From positions 1,472,001 to 1,536,000 of the forward strand of contig OY761159.2 of NCBI GenBank assembly GCA_963664395.2: 64,000 nucleotides of DNA. Reading direction: 5' to 3'. The stretch's first letter is position 1; each line of letters opens with the position of its first letter. Position numbers and translations under genes: made by a program. This stretch comes from Candidatus Binatia bacterium. Its GTDB lineage: Bacteria > Desulfobacterota > Binatia > Bin18. This document shows positions 20,986 through 30,409 of this stretch, one piece after another. Below the pieces are notes generated by a model. That model saw only the letters and a program-made list of their open reading frames with translations, had not been told where the DNA came from and did no database searches.

Positions 20986-20991
20986 TGGCCG

Positions 20992-23900
20992 TTATGCAGA
21001 TGCACGCTGTACGCCAACCATCAGGTCTGCTCCGTCAATCTTTACGCTATGGACTGTATCTCCAGCCGGCTGGCTCTGCACCAGAGTGCGTGCCAAGGTC
21101 TCTTGCTGGATATAGGTCTTGTGTTGCGTGATGGCATCACGCAAGCGGCTCTCGGCCTCATAGGTCACGGCAATGCGGTCTTCGACATGATAGCCAGCTT
21201 CCTTGCGGAGTTGTTGGATGTGATGCACGACTTCGCGCGCAAGTCCTTCCGCGATCAGGTCATCGTTCAGTTCGCAGGGAAAATCGATAGAGATAAACCG
21301 GTCTGAACGAACATCGGGGATTCCTTCTCGCGCGTGGCGGAGGATAAGAATCTCCTCGGACTGGAACGTCTCACCATTAATGTGAATTGGCTCTCCGGCC
21401 TCAAGCCTGAGCATTTGATCAATGGCCAGAGCAGCCACTTGTTTCCGAACCTGGCCGAATGCCTTCCCAAAGCGTGGGCCGAGGAGCGGCGCATTGGGCT
21501 GTGCAGTCAGGGCAATTTTTTCATCCTCGGCTGTGCTGTACACGATTTCCTTGACGTTCAATTCTTCCTGCATGTAGCCTTCCAATGGACGGAGTTCATC
21601 AAGAATCGGCTGCTGACGATGGAGGATAGTCAGAGTTTGAAGCGGAATGCGCACTTTGACTTTCCGTTCGTTACGCAGACTCCGGCCAAGCAATATCACT
21701 TGTTGCATACGGGTCACAGCATCTTCGAGCCGAGTGTCCACCTGGCTTTCATCGTAACCGGGAAAAGGTTCGAGGTGGACACTCTCTTCTGTCCCAGCCT
21801 CTTGGAGCGTGACCAGATTGGTATAAATGGCGTCCGCCAGAAACGGCGTAAACGGGGCCATGAGCTTGGAAAATGTCAGCAGGACATCGTACAGGGCCTG
21901 ATAGGCAAACTGCTTGTCAGCCACATCGTCCTCACTCCAAAAACGACGCCGGTTGAGACGAACATACCAATTGGTCAACTCGTTCAGAAAATCCAGCAGC
22001 GCGGGGACCACATTGTACAGCCGATACTGCTCCATCTCGGTACTGACCCGGCGAATGAGGGTCTGTTTGCGTGAAAGGATCCAGCGATCCAGAATATTCG
22101 GTGAAACCTCACCTAGCGTGTGGGACGGGCGCCACCCATCAACCAACGCATACGTGACAAAGAATTTGTAGGCGTTCCACCAGGGCAGGAGCAGGCGGCG
22201 GACCGTCTCCCGCACGCCGCGCTCACTAAAGCGGAGTTCTTCGGCCCGGACCAGGGGCGAGTTGATCAGATAGAGGCGCAGGGCATCGGCCCCATGCTCG
22301 TCCAAAATCTCCTCGGGCTCAGGATAGTTCTTGAGCCGCTTGCTCATCTTCTTGCCGTCTTCGGCCAACACCATCCCGTTGACAACCACGTTGTGGAAAG
22401 CCGGCTTGTCAAACAGCGCAGCAGCGACGACCACCAGGGTGTAAAACCAGCCTCGGGTCTGGTCCAGCCCTTCGGCAACAAAGTCTGCGGGAAACACCCG
22501 TGAGAACTGCTCCGCATTCTCAAACGGGTAGTGAATTTGCGCGTAGGGCATCGAACCGCTCTCGAACCAGCAGTCGAACACCTGCGGCACCCGTCGCATG
22601 ACGCCGGTCCCGGTTGAATCGGGAAATGTCAGGTCATCGACAAATTCACGGTGGAGATCGTCCACCCGCGTGCCGGTTCGCTCGGCGAGTTCATCAATGC
22701 TGCCCAGACACACGACTTCGGAGCCGTCGTCGTTTTTCCAAATCGGCAGTGGCGTCCCCCAGTACCGATTGCGGCTAATCGCCCAGTCCCGCGCGTTCTC
22801 AAGCCAGTTCCCAAAGCGCCCGTCACGCAGATGGTCCGGGACCCAGGTCGTCAGCTTATTATTTTTCACCAGTCGCTCACGAAAGGCTTCAACGCGGACA
22901 AACCAGGTATTGACGGCCTTGTAGATGAGCGGTGTCTCGCTCCGCCAACAAAATGGATAACTGTGCTGGATCGTGCCCTGATGAACGAGTTGTTTTGCCT
23001 GTTTGAGCCGCTGAATGATTTTGGGGTCGGCTTCTTTGACATGCATGCCCGCAAAATCACTCACTACTTGGGTAAATCGGCCGTCATCATCAACCGGGTT
23101 CACCAATGGGATATCCGCCTTCTGGCAGGCATAGAAGTCCTCTTCCCCAAAGGCTGGGGCCATATGGACGATGCCGGTCCCGTCTTCGGTTGTCACGTGC
23201 TCAGACTCGATAACCCGAAAAGCGCCGGCCTGCTTTTGATCGACAAAATAGGGGAAAAGCGGAGCAAATCTTCGTCCGGCCAGGTCTTTGCCTTGATAGC
23301 GGGCCTCAATGGTGTAGGCGTCTTCTTTGGGGAAGTACGTCTTGAGTCGGGCTTCGGCCATGATATAGCCCACGTTATCCGCGTGGTCGCGGACTTTCAC
23401 ATAGTCGATGTCAGAGCCGACGGCTAAGGCCATATTCGACGGCAGGGTCCAGGGTGTGGTGGTCCAGGCAATAAAAAAGACCTGCTCTTCGCCTTCGGCG
23501 GCAAAGCGAACCGTGATGGCCGGGTCCTGGACGTCTTTGTAGTTCAAGTTGGCTTCAAAATTTGACAGGACTGTTCCCAGCCGGGTTGAAAACGGGAGGA
23601 CCTTATATCCTTCATAGATCAAATCCTGGTCCCACATCTGCTGGAATATCCACCACACGGTCTCCATAAAGGAGGCATCCATAGTCCGGTAGTCATTACG
23701 GAAATCAACCCAGCGGCCCATCCGCCGAACGGTTTTTTCCCACTCCTGGGTGTAGCGCAGGACAATCTTCCGGCATTCGTTGTTAAAATTGGCAATCCCA
23801 AATTTTTCGATCGCGGCTTTGCCGGTTACCCCCAGGGCCTGTTCGATTTCCATCTCGACCGGCAGACCGTGACAGTCCCAGCCAAATCGGCGCTCCACAT

Positions 23901-24129
23901 ACCGCCCACGCATGGTCCAAAAACGGGGAATAATGTCTTTAATCGTCCCAGCCAATAAATGACCGTAGTGCGGCAATCCGGTCGCAAAGGGCGGGCCGTC
24001 ATAGAAAATAAAGGGCGGTTGCGCTTGGGTTTTGGCCAAGGTCTTCTTAAAAATATCGTTATCGTCCCACGCCTGTAGGACGGCAAGTTCGACCTCAGCC
24101 AGCTTCACGTTTTCCGCAACCGGTTTCAT
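20992..24129 (-). CDS. ileS: isoleucine--tRNA ligase (type 2)
   Basis: YDGPPFATGLPHYGH, GWDCHGLP, WTTTPWTLPSN, DWAISRNRYWGTP, EGLDQTRGWF and KMSKR motifs. Confidence 0.97.
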   Translation of the reverse strand: MKPVAENVKLAEVELAVLQAWDDNDIFKKTLAKTQAQPPFIFYDGPPFATGLPHYGHLLAGTIKDIIPRFWTMRGRYVERRFGWDCHGLPVEMEIEQALGVTGKAAIEKFGIANFNNECRKIVLRYTQEWEKTVRRMGRWVDFRNDYRTMDASFMETVWWIFQQMWDQDLIYEGYKVLPFSTRLGTVLSNFEANLNYKDVQDPAITVRFAAEGEEQVFFIAWTTTPWTLPSNMALAVGSDIDYVKVRDHADNVGYIMAEARLKTYFPKEDAYTIEARYQGKDLAGRRFAPLFPYFVDQKQAGAFRVIESEHVTTEDGTGIVHMAPAFGEEDFYACQKADIPLVNPVDDDGRFTQVVSDFAGMHVKEADPKIIQRLKQAKQLVHQGTIQHSYPFCWRSETPLIYKAVNTWFVRVEAFRERLVKNNKLTTWVPDHLRDGRFGNWLENARDWAISRNRYWGTPLPIWKNDDGSEVVCLGSIDELAERTGTRVDDLHREFVDDLTFPDSTGTGVMRRVPQVFDCWFESGSMPYAQIHYPFENAEQFSRVFPADFVAEGLDQTRGWFYTLVVVAAALFDKPAFHNVVVNGMVLAEDGKKMSKRLKNYPEPEEILDEHGADALRLYLINSPLVRAEELRFSERGVRETVRRLLLPWWNAYKFFVTYALVDGWRPSHTLGEVSPNILDRWILSRKQTLIRRVSTEMEQYRLYNVVPALLDFLNELTNWYVRLNRRRFWSEDDVADKQFAYQALYDVLLTFSKLMAPFTPFLADAIYTNLVTLQEAGTEESVHLEPFPGYDESQVDTRLEDAVTRMQQVILLGRSLRNERKVKVRIPLQTLTILHRQQPILDELRPLEGYMQEELNVKEIVYSTAEDEKIALTAQPNAPLLGPRFGKAFGQVRKQVAALAIDQMLRLEAGEPIHINGETFQSEEILILRHAREGIPDVRSDRFISIDFPCELNDDLIAEGLAREVVHHIQQLRKEAGYHVEDRIAVTYEAESRLRDAITQHKTYIQQETLARTLVQSQPAGDTVHSVKIDGADLMVGVQRASA

Positions 24130-24330
24130 CGCGTAGTATCCCTCACCTGCATGCTAAATTTACAATCTAGGCTATCGATTGAAATACAATTTTACTAGAG
24201 GGTATTCAGCATGGCCAAGCGGACTTGACCCCATCTCACAGAAGAGCCAAGAATAAGATCAGCAAGGCACAAAGAACACTGAAATCACCACGAGATAAGA
24301 TGATATGAGAATTGATGGGAGAACACCGAG

Positions 24331-24555
24331 ATGGGCAAACGGATGATGATCAACTTCGGCAAGGAAGGCTTCCCGCAGTACGAAGAGGTTGAGGAAGAAG
24401 GCATGGCAAAGCCCTGTGCGATGGGTCTGCCGTGGGTGAATCTCGATACGGTCAGAACGCTTGAGTTGAGACAGGTCAAGCGGACCGGCCCTAAGGGCGA
24501 AACCCTTGAAACCGCCGAAACACAGCAGGAAGAAGCAGCTGACTCGAACACCTAG
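24331..24555 (+). CDS. small acidic hypothetical protein
   Basis: 74-aa ORF with GGAG RBS that fills the intergenic gap. Confidence 0.6.
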   Translation: MGKRMMINFGKEGFPQYEEVEEEGMAKPCAMGLPWVNLDTVRTLELRQVKRTGPKGETLETAETQQEEAADSNT

Positions 24556-24560
24556 ACGGC

Positions 24561-24896
24561 TTAGCTGCGTGGGAGACGCTTGGCTGCACGCACGGTATGT
24601 TTGGCGTGTCGCTTTATGGGCCTTTTGGAAGAGACGGCTAAATCAGGGTCACCAGCCGGGTCAAATAAGGGGTGCTGATGGCGGCGCACCCCAAAAAAGT
24701 AACAACACGACTGACTATCGAGATTATTATCAAAGGTGCGCTGCTGACCATCCTCAAAATCCACTCGTACTAAGCAGGTCCCACCGTCCAGGACTGAGGT
24801 CATTTCCTCAGCAACCTCACCGGAACCCCATTCTTCATAGTGGCGATGGATCACATAATCTCCGACCCGGAGATACAAGCGGTGTTTGGCAGACAT
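24561..24896 (-). CDS. DUF3553-like SH3-fold protein
   Basis: LRVGDYVIH...EWGSGEV...VRVDFEDGQQRTF. Confidence 0.65.
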   Translation of the reverse strand: MSAKHRLYLRVGDYVIHRHYEEWGSGEVAEEMTSVLDGGTCLVRVDFEDGQQRTFDNNLDSQSCCYFFGVRRHQHPLFDPAGDPDLAVSSKRPIKRHAKHTVRAAKRLPRS

Positions 24897-25005
24897 ACGG
24901 CAGCCTTACTGGCGAGTCAGATTTCTTTTTCAAATGTTGTAGCCGAAAACACACAGCGATGGAAGCAAGCGATCAAGAAGAGACAGAGGGACCTAGAGCG
25001 ACGCT

Positions 25006-25887
25006 TCACCTCGGCACCGAAAGCCCGCTGTCCCGCAGAATAGACGCATTCCTCCGATAAGGGACTCGTACTGAGATATCCTGAGCCCACTTCGAGAGTA
25101 GGAGAACGCTCTCAGATGCCTGCTCTGCACTACGTGCTTGGTTACGCATGGTCTTGGGGTTCAAGGCAACCGTGTCACTGCCTATCACAATGACATTCCC
25201 GCTCGGCACCGAGTAGGCCGTTGTGTGCATAAATGAGGCCGCAAACGTCTTCCGTGCGGCATCATATACGGGCGTGGAAGAGTGTAGATTAGAAACCACA
25301 AGTCCATGGGGATTCAAGTACGAACGGCATTCGGAGTAGAAGTCATATGTCAATAAATGAGTGGGAACCCCTGTAACTTGGTACGCATCAAGAAAAATGA
25401 GGTCATAGGCTGCACCGGACTCCGCTTCGCGTAAATACGACCTTCCATCGGCGAGGAAGATACGTTGGCGTTCGTCCGGTAGAAATCCAAAGAAGCGTTT
25501 AGCAACGTCAACAACGCAGGAGTCAAGTTCAACCGTATCAAGTTGCGCGGCTTCAAAAATATGGTGCAGCACCATTTGCAGCCGTCCCCCACCAAGGCCG
25601 ATAAACAGCATCCGCCGGGGTTGTGGACACCACATCAGCGCTAACAGCATCGCCCGTGTGTAAGGGGAAGGAAGGTCCAAGGGGTGGGAAGGGTCGAGCC
25701 GGGATTGGACTTCTTCAACGCGACTCTGCTGGTGTTGGTAGCACAGCAGAAGCTGCTCACGTCCTCTTCGGACGACAATATGGTTGTAGGGGGATCGTTC
25801 CTCAAACACGACGCCCGGCGGGGAGCGACGGAGTGGGGCAAGGCGACGGGTGATTTCCGTCAGGTTGTGTTCTTGCCACGGGGACAT
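25006..25887 (-). CDS. spermidine-synthase-like SAM-dependent methyltransferase
   Basis: LFIGLGGG, VELD, DGRSYL and YDLIFLDAY motifs. Confidence 0.85.
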   Translation of the reverse strand: MSPWQEHNLTEITRRLAPLRRSPPGVVFEERSPYNHIVVRRGREQLLLCYQHQQSRVEEVQSRLDPSHPLDLPSPYTRAMLLALMWCPQPRRMLFIGLGGGRLQMVLHHIFEAAQLDTVELDSCVVDVAKRFFGFLPDERQRIFLADGRSYLREAESGAAYDLIFLDAYQVTGVPTHLLTYDFYSECRSYLNPHGLVVSNLHSSTPVYDAARKTFAASFMHTTAYSVPSGNVIVIGSDTVALNPKTMRNQARSAEQASESVLLLSKWAQDISVRVPYRRNASILRDSGLSVPR

Positions 25888-25898
25888 GCCCCTTCGCC

Positions 25899-26318
25899 TT
25901 ATCGATTCTGGGTTGCGATCGCCAACCGATTGAGCCCTTCGGTGCGGGCGAGGTCCATGACCTGAACGACCCGATTATGGGTGACATCGCCGTCCGCCCG
26001 AATGACAAGCATCACGGCTGCGCCTTGGGCCTTTTCAACCTTAAAGCGGGCTTCGAGTTCTTCAATAGTCGTCGGGGTTTCACCGAGGAATAACTGGCCA
26101 TCCTTCTTCAAGCTCACACTCAGGCGCTTTTTTTCAACCGAGGGTTGTGCTGACGCGGCCTTGGGGAGGCTCACATCGACCTGGCCTTCACGCGTTTTCT
26201 GAAAGGTCGCCAGAAAACTGAACGTTATGAAGAAGAAGATGAACATATTGATGACGATATCGGTGAGCGCCAGCGGCTCCATACTCGTCAAAATCTTCGT
26301 CTCACGCTTAAACCGCAT
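25899..26318 (-). CDS. ExbD/TolR family protein
   Basis: LALTDIVINMFIFF (TM Asp), VSLPKA and IRAD...VVQVMD motifs. Confidence 0.9.
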   Translation of the reverse strand: MRFKRETKILTSMEPLALTDIVINMFIFFFITFSFLATFQKTREGQVDVSLPKAASAQPSVEKKRLSVSLKKDGQLFLGETPTTIEELEARFKVEKAQGAAVMLVIRADGDVTHNRVVQVMDLARTEGLNRLAIATQNR

Positions 26319-27030
26319 GACGGGCTGGCTCCTGGGCTTGTAGTCGTACGGCCTCTGGGAGGGCTTCCTGCACGGTCGTGCCGGTCAGCGTATCGAGCAG
26401 TTCTTCGGTGCGCGCCTCGGTCAGACGGGTCAAATTCTGTACCCGCGAGGTCAGGTGGTTGTATAAAAGATAGTACGGGATCGCGACAGTCAGCCCTGCC
26501 GCGGTGGTCAACATGGCTTTATAAATACCACCAGCCAGAACACCAACAGTAATCTGGTCGCCCAATGTCTCCCAACTCATAAAGGCCTCAACCAGGCCAA
26601 TAATCGTGCCCAAGAAGCCCAGCATCGGCGCGACCCCGACCACACTTGCCAGGGCAGTCATATACGCCTCCAGCCCGACCACTACGTCGCCCCCAAACCG
26701 TTCCAGGCGTCGAGTCAGCTCCGCCCGCTTCTCAAAACGATACAGGAGGGCCGTCTCGAACAATCGGCCGAGCGGAGTGTTGTGCTCGCGGCAGACTTGG
26801 AGCGTAGCGTTCAGGGTCCCCGCTTGGTCAAGATTATTGCCAGAGCCCTGAATGAGGAGATTCAGTCGCTCGCACAGCCGATCAAGCTGAGATCGAAACC
26901 GCGCCAAGCCCCAAAACTTCGCAAGCACAATAGCCAGCGCAAAAATAGACAGGGCGATGATGATATACATCAAATTCCCACCCTGATCGATAAAATACAG
27001 TATTCCTGGTGAGTCCACCTGTGTTGGCAT
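26308..27030 (-). CDS. MotA/TolQ/ExbB proton channel protein
   Basis: APMLGFLGTIIG and GGIYKAMLTTAAGLTVAIP motifs. Confidence 0.92.
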   Translation of the reverse strand: MPTQVDSPGILYFIDQGGNLMYIIIALSIFALAIVLAKFWGLARFRSQLDRLCERLNLLIQGSGNNLDQAGTLNATLQVCREHNTPLGRLFETALLYRFEKRAELTRRLERFGGDVVVGLEAYMTALASVVGVAPMLGFLGTIIGLVEAFMSWETLGDQITVGVLAGGIYKAMLTTAAGLTVAIPYYLLYNHLTSRVQNLTRLTEARTEELLDTLTGTTVQEALPEAVRLQAQEPARHAV

Positions 27031-27135
27031 AGCGCGGTATATGTAGCGGAGTTCCCCTCTGAGGGGAAGGGTCTTGGGTCCGATACCCTGCTGAGACCTT
27101 TCCTTTAATGGTACGGGGAGGTAAAACTTTTTCGG

Positions 27136-27402
27136 ATGGGAAGAATAGTCGCAACAGTGGATGTCGAAAATTTCTCCGAAACCGACTCGGCCATGAAATT
27201 GGACGCCCTCGTTGATACAGGAGCAAGCTCCCTCACCTTACCCTCAGGCTGGAAGAGCCGGTTTGGCGCGTTTGCTTCGGAGGAGACAGTCGAACTGCAA
27301 ACAGCGACCCAAGAGGTCGTCCAAGGACCAATCTGTGGTCCGGTAAAAATAACCATAGAAGGGTTTCGGTCTATATATAATGATACCGAACGATTTGAAT
27401 GA
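27136..27402 (+). pseudogene. truncated retropepsin-like (clan AA) aspartic protease
   Basis: DALVDTGAS catalytic motif, but only 88 aa and no second LLG-type motif. Confidence 0.6.
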
Positions 27403-27466
27403 GAGAAGATCACCAAAGGACGCTGCCATGAGAGGCCACTTGAAAAGGTCCCACCCAATCACGGCC

Positions 27467-27991
27467 ATGCTTGCCCGCTGGCATTTTGTCCATCGCGCTT
27501 GTCTGGTTTTCCTTGGGGTCTGTGTTTTGTCTGTCTTTCCGGAGTCACTTCTTCGGGCTCAGCCGCAGAATGTGGACGTACAGGTCCGGCCATTAACCGC
27601 AATAGCCCCAGTGATCGCCGTCCCGCCGGGGAGAGGCTCCTCCGCTATACGCAGGACCACGGACGACATGCGCAGGGCCGCGGACGACAGGTGGGAGCGC
27701 GCCCGGGACAGTGAAAACTTTGTGGTGGAAGTGAAGATTAACAATGGGACCGACCGCGCCTATCTGCTCAAAGCCAATAAGGTCTCGTTACGCGCCGAGT
27801 CCGGCGAACGGGTGAGACCGCTGGAAGCAAGCGAAGAGAGTCCGACTCCTGTCCTCACGGACCAGACCATCGCGCCCGGCGCGGAAGTCCGTGGCTATCT
27901 CTCTTTCCCGCCTGGCTCCTATACAGGCGCACGGGGATTTCTCATTGAAGAGCAAACCCAGGCGAACGAGGGTTTTAGCGTAGACTTTTAG
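27467..27991 (+). CDS. exported hypothetical protein (Ig-like/DUF4352-like C-terminus)
   Basis: Signal-like N-terminus; VEVKINNGT..TIAPGAEVRGYLSF. The start is uncertain. Confidence 0.6.
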   Translation: MLARWHFVHRACLVFLGVCVLSVFPESLLRAQPQNVDVQVRPLTAIAPVIAVPPGRGSSAIRRTTDDMRRAADDRWERARDSENFVVEVKINNGTDRAYLLKANKVSLRAESGERVRPLEASEESPTPVLTDQTIAPGAEVRGYLSFPPGSYTGARGFLIEEQTQANEGFSVDF

Positions 27992-30329
27992 GCTTGGGCG
28001 CTGCGTCTACCTGTTCCTGGCGAATTGTCGGCGGCACAAACGCAGTCACGGGCGGCGGGTCGCCCTGGTAGCGTTCGACTTGAACCAAGGTGGTGTGCGC
28101 ACTGGGCCCCTGCCCCAGCTTTGAGGTGCCTTTGTCCAAAGTGAGAACATTCGGGTTGCCGTGTTTTTCCAATGACCCAGGCACCCCCGGTTCGAGCGGG
28201 TCATACCAGGCGCCCGTGGGAAGTTGGACAACACTCTTTTGGATGTTGGATGTCATGCGGACACCGGCCAGGCATTGCCCCCGGTCATTAAAGACCCGGA
28301 CAACATCGCCCTCGCTCAGTTCACGCGCTCGGGCATCGTCCGGGTGTATCCAGATGGGTTCACGCCCGGCGACTTTTAAGCTGCGACTGACCGATCCCTG
28401 ATCGAGTTGGCTGTGCAGACGTCCGACGGGTTGATTAGAAATCAGGTGGAGAGGGTACTCTGTAGCCTTGTCACTCCCCAGCCATTCGGCAGGCTCCATC
28501 CAGGTCGGGTGGGGTGGACAATCGTCGTAGTGATACGACGCAATCCGCTCTGACCAGATCTCGATTTTACCGGACGCAGTGTCCAACGGATGGGCGTTGG
28601 GGTCGGCCCGAAAAGCAGCCAGAAAGGGCGCGGGCTTGGATGGAGGAGGCAGTTCAAAATATCCGTCCGCCCAAAACTTCTCAAAGTCGGGCAAGGCAAA
28701 GCCACGTTCACTCGCGCGTTCGCGGGAGATAGCATAGAGATGGCGCAGCCAACCAGCTTCGTCTCGTCCTTCGGTAAACCCTTCTCGAAAGCCGAGGCGT
28801 TCGGCCAGATCCGCAAAAATAGCATGATCGTGCCGCGCCTCACCAACCGGTTCAATCGCCTGTTTATTGGCCACTACAAAGCCGTCGCGGGGCGTGCAAA
28901 CCAGGTCGTTGCGTTCGAGCGGTGTCGTCGCCGGGAAGATAATATCCGCGTGCCGCGCCATGGGCGTCCACCACGGCTCATGGACAATAATAGTTTCCGG
29001 CTTTTGCCAGGCCCGTAACAGGCGGTTCAAGTCTTGATGATGATGGAAGACGTTGCCCCCCACCCAGTAAACCAGGCGAATATCAGGGTATGTGGCTCTG
29101 CGTCCGTTATAGTCAAATTCCGCATTGGGATTCAGCAAAAGGTCGGCAATTCGGGCAACCGGGATGACATCCTCAACCGGATGGGCACAGCGGTCTAACG
29201 TGGCCCAGGGAATGCGGGAGGTCGAGTTTCCGACCGTTGCGACCGAAGAGTAGCCATAGCCGAAGCCGCCACCGGGTAAGCCGATTTGTCCCAAGATGGC
29301 GGCCAGCGTGATTGCCATCCAATAGGTCTGTTCACCGTGATCCGCGCGTTGCAGGGACCAGGCTATCGTGATCAGCGTTCGTCTGGCAGCCATACGCCGG
29401 GCAAGCGTGGTAATAGTCTCAGCCTTCAGGCCGGTTATACCAGCCGCCCAATGAGCGTCTTTGGGCTGTCCATCGGATTCGCCCGTCAGATACGGTCGAA
29501 ATCTCTCAAAGCCAACACAGTACCGCGCAAGAAAGTCGTCATCAGCCAAGCCCTCTGTGACCAGGGTATGCGCCAGACCGAGCATGAGCGCCACATCGGT
29601 GTTTGGCCGCGGGGTCAACCATTCGGCTTGCACAAAGTCGGCCGCGTCGTTTTTCAGCGGACCGATATTCAGAAATTCGACACCCGCCTGCCGACAAGCC
29701 GCAAGGCCCGCTCGGGTGCGATGCCGCGCCACTCCGCCGTAGGCTACCTGCGCGTTTTTGAGCGGCATCCCGCCAAACGCCACCACAAGTTCGGAATGCC
29801 GGGCGATGGTTTGCCATGAGGCTTGATCGACCAATAAGCGGAAAAAATTGCCCGCAATATAGGGCATGGCCACATCAGCCGCGGCGTGGCTGTAGGTGTT
29901 TATGGAACGCACAAAGCCGCCAAAGAGATTGAGGAAGCGATGCAGTTGTCCTTGGGGAAAATGAAACGAGCCAGCACTGCCCCAGCCGTATGAGCCGGCA
30001 TAGATCGCCCGGTTACTGAATGTGCTGCGGACGCGTTCGAGTTCGGCGGCAACAAGATCAAGCGCCCGCTCCCAACTCAGCGCGACAAAAGGCTCGCCGC
30101 CACGCCTGCCGCTTCCTGGCCCATTCTTGAGCCAGCCTTCTCGTGCCATAGGCTGGCGGATGCGCAGGTCGTCATTGACGGCTTCCACATACGAGCGCCC
30201 GAGCGGAGAAGGGTCCGGGTCTTCGGGCGTTGCATCCATGGCAACCAAGCGTCCCTCTTTGACCCGAGGCGCATAGCCACCCCAGTGGAAGGCGGAACGT
30301 GGATTTGCGGCGTTATCAGCGATTTTCAT
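27975..30329 (-). CDS. Mo-bisPGD oxidoreductase, BisC/TorZ (S-/N-oxide reductase) type, no Tat signal
   Basis: HWG, RIRQPMAR, GSYGWGSAG, WSLQRADHGEQ, RLHSQL and GAWYDP...HGNPNVLT motifs. Confidence 0.9.
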   Translation of the reverse strand: MKIADNAANPRSAFHWGGYAPRVKEGRLVAMDATPEDPDPSPLGRSYVEAVNDDLRIRQPMAREGWLKNGPGSGRRGGEPFVALSWERALDLVAAELERVRSTFSNRAIYAGSYGWGSAGSFHFPQGQLHRFLNLFGGFVRSINTYSHAAADVAMPYIAGNFFRLLVDQASWQTIARHSELVVAFGGMPLKNAQVAYGGVARHRTRAGLAACRQAGVEFLNIGPLKNDAADFVQAEWLTPRPNTDVALMLGLAHTLVTEGLADDDFLARYCVGFERFRPYLTGESDGQPKDAHWAAGITGLKAETITTLARRMAARRTLITIAWSLQRADHGEQTYWMAITLAAILGQIGLPGGGFGYGYSSVATVGNSTSRIPWATLDRCAHPVEDVIPVARIADLLLNPNAEFDYNGRRATYPDIRLVYWVGGNVFHHHQDLNRLLRAWQKPETIIVHEPWWTPMARHADIIFPATTPLERNDLVCTPRDGFVVANKQAIEPVGEARHDHAIFADLAERLGFREGFTEGRDEAGWLRHLYAISRERASERGFALPDFEKFWADGYFELPPPSKPAPFLAAFRADPNAHPLDTASGKIEIWSERIASYHYDDCPPHPTWMEPAEWLGSDKATEYPLHLISNQPVGRLHSQLDQGSVSRSLKVAGREPIWIHPDDARARELSEGDVVRVFNDRGQCLAGVRMTSNIQKSVVQLPTGAWYDPLEPGVPGSLEKHGNPNVLTLDKGTSKLGQGPSAHTTLVQVERYQGDPPPVTAFVPPTIRQEQVDAAPKPKSLR

Positions 30330-30409
30330 GAGCGATGACTTTTCCTCTGAGACACAATAAAGAAGGGGCACGATCCGCCGTACCCCTGACGGTGAGAACA
30401 AATAGAAGC

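Noticed and set aside
24130-24330. Possible T-box leader or tRNA upstream of ileS
   Set aside because: No T-box consensus, terminator or cloverleaf is visible, and the gap is shared with a divergent gene.
27053-27069. TTCCCCTCTGAGGGGAA hairpin resembling the core of the tad REP element
   Set aside because: Too short to assign to the repeat family with confidence.
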